A stretch of 64,000 nucleotides of DNA from Carcharhinus longimanus (Eukaryota), in the NCBI GenBank assembly GCA_030264375.1, contig JASCQW010000132.1, forward strand, positions 66,680,014-66,744,013. The letters are read 5' to 3'. The position numbers and the translations under genes were made by a program. The notes beneath the pieces were generated by a model. It had not been told where the DNA came from and did no database searches. It saw only the letters and a list, made by a program, of their open reading frames with translations. Below are positions 1-10,660 of the stretch, piece after piece. Every line of letters starts with the position of its first letter. The stretch's first letter is position 1.

Positions 1-140
1 AGGGTCTTATAAAGCTGCAGCATTATCTCCCGACTCCTAAACTCAATCCCTCGATTGATGAAGGCCAGTACACCATATGCCTTCTTAACCACATCCTCTA
101 CCAGCGAAGCTGATTTGAGAGTCCTCTGAACCCGGACCTT
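1..140 (-). mobile_element. CR1-type LINE RT fragment
   Basis: Reverse complement resembles the CR1 VVKKAYGVLAFINRGIEFRS region. Confidence 0.7.
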
Positions 141-734
141 TATATTTCACCATTAGGATGTATCTCTACAGCAATGTTTTGTTTTCTCAGTTTCTATGAC
201 CCCCTTCTCAACTTTTAAACCTGCTTCAACATATTCCTATTTTACTTGCAATAAGCCCTGTCACCTTTTATTCCACTGGATACTTATTATTCCACATACT
301 AGTTTCCCAATGACTGACCTAATAGATCAGTCATGGGTACTAACCTCTACAAAAACCAAAGTACTGCAAATACTAGAAATCTGAAATAAATAAAGAGGCT
401 GGAAACATTCAGCGAATCTGGCAGCAGAGAAAAAGAGAGTTAGCATTTTAAAGCTGTGACCACTCATCAGAACTTCCATCACCACTTCATTGTAATATTC
501 ATAACTATCTTCCTGAAACATTTGTCCTTTGCATTTGAAACTTTAAAGGCAGTGTAAACACTGGGGCGCAACTCTCCAAACATTCTCATTCAGACAACAG
601 CATTGTGGAATGATTACAACATAGAACAGGGCCATTCAGTCCATTGTCTCAGTACTGTCGCACCCTCACTTTCTCCCCGTACACTAGCATTTTTTCCCTA
701 CAGATGTAAATATACTTTTAACACAGTCCAGAGA

Positions 735-1113
735 GGCCCCATAGCCTCCCATCCATTGACTCTGTTGACACTTTCCCTCTGCCTTGGGAAAGCAGCCAGC
801 ATAATCAAGGACCCCACGTTCTCAAGACAGTCTCTCTTCCAATTTCTTCCATCGGGGAAAGAAATTTACAGAAGTCTGAGATCACGTACCAACCGACTCT
901 AGATCAGCTTTTCCCCGCTGCCATCAGTCTTTTGAATGGACCTACTAAATATTAAGCCGATCTTTCTCTACACGTATCTCTATGACGATAACACCACATT
1001 CTGCACCTTCTTTCCTTCGCCCCATCTGTACTCTATGAACGGTATGTTTTGTCCGTACAGTGCACAAGAAACAATACTTATCACTGTACATGTCACAATA
1101 ATAAATCAAATCA
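735..1113 (+). mobile_element. Rex1/Babar LINE 3' end
   Basis: Encodes KAASIIKDPT..LFQFLPSGK..YRSLRSRTNRL..SFSPAAI and ends aataataaatcaaatc. Same family as 19495-20190. Confidence 0.8.
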
Positions 1114-1114
1114 T

Positions 1115-1600
1115 AGGGCCAACATGATGACGTCGATTGAAGCTGCTGGTAGCGAGCTCTGGGAGCTGTAGTTTTAGCTGTAAAAATGATGTCGGGGTGG
1201 AGATCACGACAGAAGCTGAATTACTCTGCAGCAGCTGGCTGGTCCCCGGAGGAGGGGCTCGAGCAGCGCTGCATTTGGAACGCAATGTTGGCTGGCCCCT
1301 GGAAGCAGCGTCACGTTTGGAACGCGGTGCCGGCTGGTCCCTGAGAGCAGCGCTGCACTTGGAACGCGATGCCGTGCAACACAATGTTCTCTCTCTCTCT
1401 CTCTCTCCCAGAATGCCGGCGCGCGCCCAGCACCGCCCCCCCGCAGGCTCACTGATGTCGTGGCGCTCGCAAGGAAGTTAGGGACCAGAGTTCAACAGAC
1501 AAGAAGGTTCCTGGTTCCACTACTATACCTAAGAGTGATTTCGTCACAGGAGGGCAAAAACTCAGACTAGACTGTCGGAGAAATGAGACGTGCGGGGCTG
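1115..1600 (+). promoter_or_regulatory. BET1 CpG-rich promoter / 5' UTR
   Basis: Local CpG enrichment upstream of the ATG. ACTACAnnTCCCAG (ZNF143/THAP11-type) motif on the minus strand at 1159-1172, TCCCAGAATGC at 1406-1416, GC box ccgccccc at ~1433, ETS-like ggaagt at ~1473, CRE-like tgacgtc at ~1127. Confidence 0.75.
1263..1374. repeat. 42-bp minisatellite, ~2.7 copies, in the BET1 promoter
   Basis: gcagcg...ttggaacgc units start at 1263, 1305 and 1347. A (CT)n tract follows at ~1388-1407. Confidence 0.85.
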
Positions 1601-1601
1601 G
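1583..1601 (+). CDS. BET1: BET1 coding exon 1 (MRRAGL-G)
   Basis: ATG AGA CGT GCG GGG CTG G followed by the canonical donor gtaag at 1602. MRRAGLG is the conserved vertebrate BET1 N-terminus. Phase-1 intron. Confidence 0.95.
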
Positions 1602-1989
1602 GTAAGACCAGAATGCCAAGCATTAAAAAAAAACAAATTTAAATGGTGTTTGCAGACGATACACATTTTATGCAGCACAGGGTCCCAGGCCACCAGTCAA
1701 CTGATAGTAGTAGCATTATTGATCTATAATACAGTCCTCCTATTTAAAGCTCTCACATAATGAAATGCATTCGATTAGATTTGTAAGAAGAAAACAAGTT
1801 AGCTTGTAGAATGGGAGGAACAGCCGCTAGAACCAGATATGTAAAACCATAGTTCCAAATTGCATCGCTGCCGAACAACACAGTTGCAACTGGGAGGCTT
1901 GTTTTATGAGTGAGGATGCTACATATGGAATTCAAGATATCTGTTAGCATTTGGAAGGAGCTACATAACTGAACAATTGCATAAATTGC

Positions 1990-2790
1990 TGCATTTCAAT
2001 GTTTTGGGGTTGTACATGTCTTGTAGAAAAGTGTCCCAACAAATGACCCAGAAACAGGAAATAAAATGGATGCTAAATCAAAGAGATGCTCGAAGGTGGC
2101 GATCAGCAAGTTCATTAACTGTGTTGGTTTTAGGGATGATCTCAAAGGAAAATGATAGGTTGAAGCATACTTGTAGGGCCGAGGTATCTGGATACTTTCA
2201 CTGTTGGGTGAGGGTATGTACAAGAAGCCAGAGTTGGAAGAATTAATGTTGTAGGGACTGATGAGGAGATCATGGAAACACGGATTTAAAAACAGGAATG
2301 AGAATATTAAGATTGGGATTTGTCTGGGGCCATAAGCCTGTATGGACTAGCAAACACAAATGACAGATGAGTGTGACCTGATAATGGATAGACTACTGGA
2401 AGGCAGATCTTGGATGAACTGAAAATGATGGAGCATTGAAGATGCCAAATCAGCCAATAAAACATTGGAATACTCTAGAGCAGACAAACATGTGAATATT
2501 GGTTTTAGCAACATTGCTGCAAAGGAGGCATTAGATGGTTCTTCTAATGGAAAAGATAGGGTTTAGATGCTCAATTCAGAATTAAATGAGTTTCTGAGTT
2601 TATGAACTGCCTGCTTATCAAAGAAGGGAATGGAATTTGTGACAGGGTTTAATGTTGGCTTCAGTCTTGCCGATGTTGCACTGGATTTAATTGCCAATAA
2701 TCCAAGAATTACATGTTGGACAAGCAGTTGACAGCACATGAATTAAGGGTATTGAGGGGCTGAAAGAGATAATGGAGAGATAGAGTTGAT
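1990..2790 (-). mobile_element. Old L2-type LINE remnant (BET1 intron 1)
   Basis: Purine-rich degenerate sequence with L2-like segments (gcattggaatactctagag; atggagagatagagttgatatca). Confidence 0.45.
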
Positions 2791-3069
2791 ATCAAATTGT
2801 CCGGAAAACAATTTTCATTGTTTTTAATTACTGAATACAAAACTAATTTTGTGATAGGAGGGAAGATCAGTATAACATACCTGAAAATAATCTGGCAATG
2901 TGGAACATCTCAATTATTTCAATATTATAAATTATTTGAATTGGAATGATTCTGAATTTTTAAAGCTTTTATATTGCGAAGCGTGCAGAAGGAATGTCAA
3001 GAGCGTAGTCCATGGTGCAAAATGAGGAGACAACCTGGTGAAGCTACAACACACGATTACATGATTAGA

Positions 3070-3388
3070 GGTGGCAGTGGTTAGTACTGTGTCTCACAGC
3101 TCCAGAGATCCAGGTTCAATTACAGTCTTGGATGACAGTGTGGAGTTTGCACATTCTCCCCATGTCTGTGTAAGTTTCCCCTGGGTGCTTTGGTTTCCTC
3201 CCGCAGTCCAAAGATGTGCAGGTTAGGTTGATTGACCATGCCAAATTGCTCCTTAATGTTGCAGGATGGGTGAATTAATGAGGTAAGTATATGGGGTTAC
3301 AAGGTTAGGATCTGGTGAGATGCTCTGTTGGAGAGTTGGTGCAGACTCAATAGGCCAAATGGTCTGTTTCTGCACTGTAGGGATTCTA
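3070..3388 (+). mobile_element. HE1-type V-SINE with CR1-like tail
   Basis: tRNA-like head (gtggcagtggttag...ggttcaatt), V-core tgtggagtttgcacattctcccc...ggtttcctcccgcagtccaaagatgtg, tail ctgcactgtagggattcta. Confidence 0.9.
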
Positions 3389-3559
3389 AGTTTGAAATTC
3401 TACTTGCATACCAAACAATGGCTAGGTAGTTAGAGATAAACAATCCCACAAAGGAAACTTTAGATTAGAGAGGCATTTGTGTCGGCACAGACTTGGTGGG
3501 TTGAAAGGCCTGTTCCTGTGCAACCCTGTTCTTTGATCTTTTGGATCAGAGTTCAGGTC

Positions 3560-5313
3560 TGTAGGCCTCCTACATCCAGTAGTGGACAATTAAACAAGTA
3601 ACTGGAGGAGGAGACTCCACAAGTATCGCTGTTCTCAATAATGTGTGAGCTCAGCACATCAGCGCAAAAGATAAGGCACTTGCAAAAATCTTCAACCAGA
3701 ATCGCAGAGTGGTTGATCCATTTCGGCCTCCTCCTGAGGTCCCCAGCATTACAAACGCCAACCTTCAGATAATTCAATTCCAGCCGCGTGATATCAAGAA
3801 ATAGCTGAAGGCAGTGGATACTACAAAGGCACTAGGCCCTGACAAGATTCTGGCAATAGAACTGAAAACTTGTGCCCTAGCCAAGCTGCTGCAGTGCAGC
3901 TACAATGCTGGCATCTACCCAGCAAAATGGAAAATTACCCAGACATGTCCTGTGCACCACATGCAGGGCAAATCCAACCCAGGTAATTGCCACCTCACCA
4001 GTCTATTTGCAATCAGCAAAGTGATGGATGGTGTTGGTGACACCAAGCAGCACTTACCCAGTAATAACCTGCTCACTGACGCTTGTTTCGACTTCTGCCA
4101 GGTGCAGCTCAACTCTTGACCTCATGACAGTCTTGGTCTAAATATAGATGAAAGAATTGAAATATAGAGTTAGGATGAGACTGACTGTCCTTGACATCAA
4201 CGCAACATTTGACTGAATGTCTCATCAAGGAGCCCTAGCAAAATTGGAATCAATGGGAATGAGGGGGCAAACTCTGTACTGGTTGGAATCATACCTAGCA
4301 CAGAAGGAGATCATTTGTGGTTATTGGAAGTCAATCATCTCAACCCCAGGACATCACTGCAGGAATTCCTTAGGGTAGTGTCCAAGGCGCAATCATCCTC
4401 AGCTGCTTTAGCAATGACCCTCTCTCCATCATAAGGTGAAAAGTGGGGATATTTGCTGATAGCACCATTTGCAAAAAGCCATTGGTGCCCATATGTAGCA
4501 AGATCGATTCAACATTGAGGCTTGGGCTGATAACTGGCAGGTAACATTCACACCGTATTGCAAGGCAATGATCATCTCCAAAAGTATAGAATCCAACCAT
4601 CAGCCCTTTCACATTCAATGGCATTCTCATTGCTGAATTCCCCCATTGTTCCCCCTGGTGTTTATCATTGACCAGAAATGGAACTAGACCAGCCACAAAA
4701 TTACAGTGGCTACAAAAGCAGGTCAGAGGCTGGGAATTCTGTGGTGAGTAATGGCCTCCTGACTCCCCAAAGCCTGTCCAACATCTACAAGGCACAAGGC
4801 AGGAGAGTAATACAATACTCTCCACTTACCTGGATGAGTGCAGCTCCAGCAACACTCAAGAAGCTCAACACCATCCAACATGAAGCAGCCTGCTTGGTTA
4901 GAACCCCATCCACAAACACTCACTCCTTCTTCCACAGCAGCACGTACTATTTACAAAATAAACCGCAGCAATTCACCAAGGCTCCTTCAACACACCTTCC
5001 AAACCAACAATCTGTACCACCCAGAGGGACAAGGGCAACAGGTGCATGGTAACACCACCATCTGTAAATTTCCAGTCTAGCCACACACCATCCTAATTTG
5101 GAAATATATCGCTGTTCCTTCACTGTTGCTGGATCAAAATCCTGAAGCCTCCCCCCACTCCCACCACCACCACCACCACACTATGGGTTTACCTGCATCA
5201 TATGGACTGCAGCAGTTCAAGAAGGCAACTCACCAGCACCTTCTCGAAGGCAGTTAGGAACAGGCAGTAAAAATTTGCCTTACCAGGGATATTCACATCT
5301 CAAGAATAAATTA
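3560..5313 (+). mobile_element. Degenerate CR1/L2-group LINE (RT and 3' tail), BET1 intron 1
   Basis: Frameshifted RT motifs: KALGPDKI..IELKTCA..LAKLLQCSY..GIYPAKWK..CPVH, and LTPQSLSNIYKAQ.R..QYSPLTWMSA. The 3' tail recurs at 22580, 32165, 43965 and 46050. Confidence 0.85.
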
Positions 5314-5422
5314 AATATCTTGTTACACATTTGTGTGTTTAGGAATCTTTTTTTATTCAAGGATAAATATCAGTGTTTTATCTCTACACAATTAATTCTT
5401 TCATCTCTTACCCACTCCCCAG

Positions 5423-5526
5423 GGGAAGGAGCTCCTGCTTACACTGGAAGTGGTTACAGCGTGTATGAAGAGGAAAATGATAAATTAACTGAGGGCCTTC
5501 GAGAAAAAGTGACGGCATTAAAATCA
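5423..5526 (+). CDS. BET1: BET1 coding exon 2 (GEGAPAYTGSGYSVYEEENDKLTEGLREKVTALKS)
   Basis: Pyrimidine tract and ag at 5421-5422; donor gtacgt at 5527. 19+104 nt = 41 codons in frame with exon 1. Matches BET1 SGYS..EEEN..LTE.LR.KVTA.KS. Confidence 0.96.
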
Positions 5527-5708
5527 GTACGTTCCAAAACTTGCAAACAATTAAAGTTTTAAATGAACTGCCAGTAGTTTTTATAAAGTGCATTTGTTCA
5601 TTTTCATTGTATGTAATTTTATTATATATTTCCTAGCATTAATTTATTGGGTACTGAAGGTGTGTAAATATAAAATGACCATGAATACATTCCGCTTCTG
5701 TTATAAAG

Positions 5709-5806
5709 TCAGAAAATGCTGGATAAACTCAGCAGGTCTGGCAGCATCTGTGGAGAGAAACAAAGTCAATGTTTCGTGTTCGATGACCCGTCTACAGGAA
5801 AGAACT
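5709..5806 (-). mobile_element. Penelope-like terminal fragment with degenerate hammerhead core
   Basis: Minus strand reads CTGTAGA-cgggtcatcgaacac-GAAAcattgac-tttgtttctctccacagatgctgccagacctgctgag. Related pieces at ~350-450, 25710-25825, 28565-28830, 31195-31403 and 54930. Confidence 0.65.
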
Positions 5807-6489
5807 GTTAATTCAGAGTTGCTCATTTAAATTGAATTGAAATAGTGGGAAACAAACTCTGTATTCAAGTTGCTTAATTCAAACTTCTGGATGTTTCTTA
5901 GCAACATATGAACTTCAATTAACAGTAAACTGTACTTTAACTTTACTGTTAAAAAAAATTCAGTGGGCTCCAATTATTATTTCAATACTGCTGTCGCAGT
6001 TTTGTTTCTCAGTCACGAGAGATTAATTGTGATTGAATTGCTCTCTTCAAACTGAGACAACAGAAGACTGTATCATTGGAGGATAAATCAACATTTTAAA
6101 AACTCTTAGAAGAGCACTAAGAATGTTTTTGAGCTATTTGAGCAATTGTTTTCTCAGCAGGAGTAGGCCATTGAGCCTGCTCCGCCATTCAATACAGTTG
6201 TACCTGAACATCCATTTCAATACTATCTTCCCACACTGTCCACTTTTCCCTTCATGTCACTGGTATTTAGAAATCTGTCTGCTTCAAACATACTGAATGT
6301 GTATGGTTTTTGTTGGAGAATCAAACTCTTTTAGATGCTATACCCAGCAATGGAGTAAGATTTCTGTGGCATTTGTAACAAAATCATCCACTTGAATACA
6401 ACAAATTTGTGATTTTGTTACTAATTGTGAACTGAGAAATCTTCTCTTGCAGTGTCTTAACTTAATCTTAGTGAATATATCATTAAGAT

Positions 6490-6770
6490 AAGGTAGTCAC
6501 CAATAAATTCAACAGGGAACGCGAAAGGAACTTCTTTACCCAAAGGTTGATGAGAATGTGCATCTCTGGGAGTGATTGAAAAATGAATAATATGGATGCA
6601 TTTTCAGAAAAGTTAGACAGTATGTCTGGGAGTATGGAATAGATAATTACAATGGTTGAATCTGAAAAGGCAAGATGGGAGATTGCTTGAGTGGAGTATA
6701 AACACCAGCAGGGACTAGTTGCGCCAAATGGCCTGTTTATGTGCCATACATCCATTGCAATCCTGTGCAA
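6490..6770 (+). mobile_element. CR1 LINE 3' end
   Basis: RNFFTQRLMRM-like C-terminus, then the CR1 tail gcgccaaatggcctgtttatgtgc. Confidence 0.7.
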
Positions 6771-7149
6771 AGTATCCTCTGCTATGATTTTTGTTTTCTA
6801 TTTCCTTGATGCTAACCTTGATTCAAGATTTATCAGTAGAAGTTAATAATGAATTATCATCTTAGAAAAAAGTTCAGTCTCTGTTTACAGTTGTATTATG
6901 GTTTATGAACTGCACCATTTGTACTTTATATTTATACCTCCACAGGTGCACATAGCTTTACTGTGTTTGAACTGTGCGATATAATTCAAATAATAATAAT
7001 GAACAATGAAGTTGTCCAATTGTTCCTCCTTCTGTAGTTCATGATTTTGACTTTCCCTTTCCCGTTCACTGGATTAAGAGAGAAAAATTGAGTTTACATT
7101 AGCAGAGAAAAGACACAATCCTCATTGGAGGGGAGAGAGAATAACTTGA

Positions 7150-7390
7150 ACATAAGAACATAAGAAATAGGAGCAGGAGTAGGCCATCTAGCCCCTCGAG
7201 CCTGCCCCGCCATTCAATAAGANNNNNNNNNNNNNNNNNNNNNNNNNNNNNNNNNNNNNNNNNNNNNNNNNNNNNNNNNNNNNNNNNNNNNNNNNNNNNN
7301 NNNNNNNNNNNNNNNNNNNNNNTTGCGACTCATGCACAAGGACCCCGAGGTCCCTCTGCACCGTCGCATGCTGCAGTTTTTCGCCACGTA
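7150..7390 (-). mobile_element. Young CR1 LINE spanning an assembly gap
   Basis: Tail aacataagaacataagaaataggagcaggagtaggccat on the left of the gap; CpG-retaining CR1 RT sequence on the right. Confidence 0.75.
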
Positions 7391-7701
7391 AGTAATAGTA
7401 TTTTCAAGTAAAAATGGTTCCATATCTGTAATATGATGTTAAAGTCCAGTACGAATTGTTCAAGTTTTTCTGTTCCCAGTGACCACCAGAATCAAATTTA
7501 TAAGATATCATGGATGTCCCTCTCTGTACTGTCATCTTTTCCATTAAATACATACAAAAAAATTCCCAAACATGGCATTGAATGGAAATTGCATCATAAC
7601 CTTGGCATAAAGTAGAAATAATTTTAACGTGTAATATATGGAAAAACTACCATATGCAGTTAAACATTTGCTGATTGTTCCCATTCCCTTCCCTCACACA
7701 G

Positions 7702-7758
7702 CTTTCTATTGATATTGGAACTGAAGTCAAATACCATAATAAACTTCTGGATGAAATG
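7702..7758 (+). CDS. BET1: BET1 coding exon 3 (LSIDIGTEVKYHNKLLDEM), SNARE motif
   Basis: Acceptor ccctcacacag; 57 nt, phase 0/0; donor gtatgt at 7759. Homologous to human LSIEIGHEVKTQNKLLAEM. Too short to appear in the ORF track. Confidence 0.96.
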
Positions 7759-7827
7759 GTATGTATTGCATGCTCTCTCAAACTGTCCTTAATGAATGTA
7801 TCTGGAGTGAATGTACACTCAGAGTTT

Positions 7828-8111
7828 ATTTATTATTGTCACAAGTAGGCTTATGTTAACACTGCAATGAAGTTACTGTGAAAATCCCCTAGTCACCTCA
7901 CTCCAGTGCCTATTTGGTACATTGAAGGAGAATTTAGCATGACCAATGCACCTAACCAGCCCCCCTTTTGGATGGTGGGAGAAAACCGGTGCACCTGGAG
8001 GAAGGCTACACAGACACGGGGAGAACAAGCAGACTCTGCACAGACAGTGACCCCAGAAGGGAAACAAACTCAGTTCCCTGGCACAATGGGGCAGCAGTGC
8101 TACCTACTGTG
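7828..8111 (-). mobile_element. V-SINE with alternative tail (type B)
   Basis: V-core on the minus strand; tail ...cacagtaacttcattgcagtgttaacataagcctacttgtgacaataataaa. Confidence 0.88.
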
Positions 8112-8863
8112 GGATTTCCAACTTCACCCATTGGCCAAATCACAATATCATTTGACAGGAAGCTTCCATTTGGTGTAGTAGAAAGATTCCAAAGGGAAGG
8201 TGGGCACTAAATGTTTACTAGAATGGCCTATGGCAAAACCAAGACTTCATTACCTGAGTTTGAGATTGTATTGGGAGTCAATTTTTCCAACAGATTTGTT
8301 GATGTTTACCCAGGAATGACTCTGGTCTGTAGTAATAAAATAATCATAACAATATATTTAGCAGATGGAAATTCACCAGTTTCCTTTCATTTATACAAAA
8401 GAATGTGCAAACCAGATTGAGCTGTGCAAGTGGAACTCTCGTGGGTAACCAATAAAAAGAAGGCCATGTGCTGCTAAAGTAGTGAGGTTATGTAAAAAAA
8501 GATGTACCTGATAACTGAAAAAGTACAGAGGCAGCAAGAATTGCACTGGTGTAACAGAAAACAGGTAGAAATTAATCAGAAATACCAGTGGTAAAATTGG
8601 TTTGAGTTAGGAAGTGGGAGGCTCTTCCAACAGATGAATTGGTAAAAAGTATTTGTTATTCAAAGCACACTATAGTTGAAGGATGTTCATTTTTTCCAGG
8701 TCTTTGTTTTTTATAAAATATGGGAAATGTATCAATTTTTTTCAATAATATGCATTTAGATGCTAAAGCACCCAACCACCATGTGTTAAAAATGTACATA
8801 ATATTCATTATTCTAATAATGATTCACTGGTTATTTAACTGCATTTATATGCTGTTTTCACAG

Positions 8864-9019
8864 GATACAGGATTTGAATCCACAGGTGGACTATTGGGAG
8901 CAACCATGGGTAGACTCAAACAAATATCTCGAGGGAGCCAAACAAAATTCTTATGCTACATGATGCTATTTGCATTTTTTGTATTCTTTGTACTTTACTG
9001 GGTTATAAAACTGAGGTGA
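8864..9019 (+). CDS. BET1: BET1 coding exon 4 ([51 protein letters not shown]), C-terminal TM anchor
   Basis: Acceptor ttttcacag ends at 8863; stop TGA at 9017-9019. SRGSQTK.LCYMMLF..FVFF..YW.IKLR is the BET1 C-terminus. Spliced CDS is 336 nt, 111 aa. Confidence 0.97.
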   Translation, partial: DTGFESTGGLLGATMGRLKQISRGSQTKFLCYMMLFAFFVFFVLYWVIKLR

Positions 9020-10660
9020 AATAAATTTGTGCCACTCCAATATTTGGATAGAACTCACTACCTACAACTGAGAAATTGAAATGAAAGACATTTTCTAGAA
9101 TAATTTAAGTATAATTAATCCTAAAAACTTTGAGAATGATGTTATACTCACATTGCAGACTGCAGTTCATGTTCTTGGCCATTCTCACTGGTTGCAAATC
9201 AAATCAAATTTTCATATTTATGAGAGAAGGCCAGTAATGACATTGAAAATTAACTTTGGTTATTTTCTTGTAGCAAGTGAACTGCTGTATGTTGTTTGTT
9301 GTGTAGTAGTTTTTATAGATAGTGAGACATTAACTTAGAAATGACATTTTTCAAAGTGTTAACCAATTAACAGTACAATTTTCTAATTCTAAATTAGTCT
9401 AATTAACAATTTTCTAATTTCTGCAAGTTGGATTTAAACAGTTTATGGGTGCAGACTGGTACATTAACAAGCAGTGTAACACAACAGTGGGAGATGTGAC
9501 CATTTCTAAAATGCTGCATGTTACTTTTGCCAAAGACTGGCCAAGTTGCTCTGGAATTGGGAGGTGGGGGGAGGTGTGGCAGAAGGGAAAGAGCCAACTC
9601 ATCCTTTGAAACTCTCAGATCTCACTTTTATTGCTTGTCCCTAAACTTGAATTCCCATGAGAAGTATTTATAAGATATATAAAATGTTTAAATATGTCTA
9701 CTTTTTAGTATCTTTGAATCTTGTATGCAAGTTTTGATCATTTCTTTTCTTGCCTCTCACAATAGGCTTGTGATTTTCTAGCCTTTTTTTGAGACAACAT
9801 TAAAATTCTACTTCACTAACTTCTGTTCCCTAAATGGCCTTTAAACAGAAATGAGACACATGACCTACAATCAGATCTGTCTATCAGGTGGCTTCCATAC
9901 AACTTCTGGAGACAGTGTAGCACCAATTGCTTCTTTTAGCTAGGATCAGCAGCAAGTTGTCGATACTCCTGAATGCTGTATTAGCTTTCTGTCATAAAAT
10001 TGGATTTGTGAAAATAAGAGAAATTTCCTTACAGGAATATTGTTATACCTCATTATTGTTTACATTTTTGTAAAACATGCTGCTTTTCTATTTGTGACAC
10101 CAGTGCTTGGAGGTGTTGAATGAAGTATTAGGAATTCCAAAATGATCATGAAAATGAGTAAGTGCAGTCAGAAAGGCGATACAAAGTGCACTTGGATGGG
10201 GAGTAGAGCTCCTGTGAACATCCTGTGGGTAGTTGGTACCTGAGAGTAGAATGATGGATTGTCTTTTTGGTAACAGAACGATGTTGAAGCCTAAAGAAGA
10301 CAGCAAGTGAACAGAAGCAAAGACCACTTTTGTTGCTTTCCAATTTTAAGGGACTTTCCATGATATATGCCAGCTCCATTTCTACCAGCTTACCTTTTTT
10401 TTTAAACTAATTTTAGATTGCTGTGGCAGACCTTGAATTTTAACATTTTGTGAGAAATAGTTTCTAGAATTTTTCACTGATATTTGTGAGAGATAAAAGG
10501 CAGTTGTGAAAGTTTAAACAATACATATTTAAGTGGGAGCTCTTCAAAAGAAGGGGTGCTTAACTTCCAGTCTTATTGATGTACTTCATTTTAAAATCTG
10601 AAGTACTCATTTTTTCTCTAAGAGATAGACCAAGTCCATTGTAACTTAGATTATCAACAT

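Noticed and set aside
1137-1481. 114-aa ORF with 14-aa repeats upstream of BET1, including ATG 1455 as a possible uORF
   Set aside because: It has a non-ATG start and is explained by the GC-rich promoter and the 42-bp minisatellite. There is no homology, and the TSS is unknown.
8868-8870. Second CAG 7 nt into BET1 exon 4 as an alternative acceptor
   Set aside because: Its use would shift the frame and lose the TM anchor; the first CAG gives the conserved protein.
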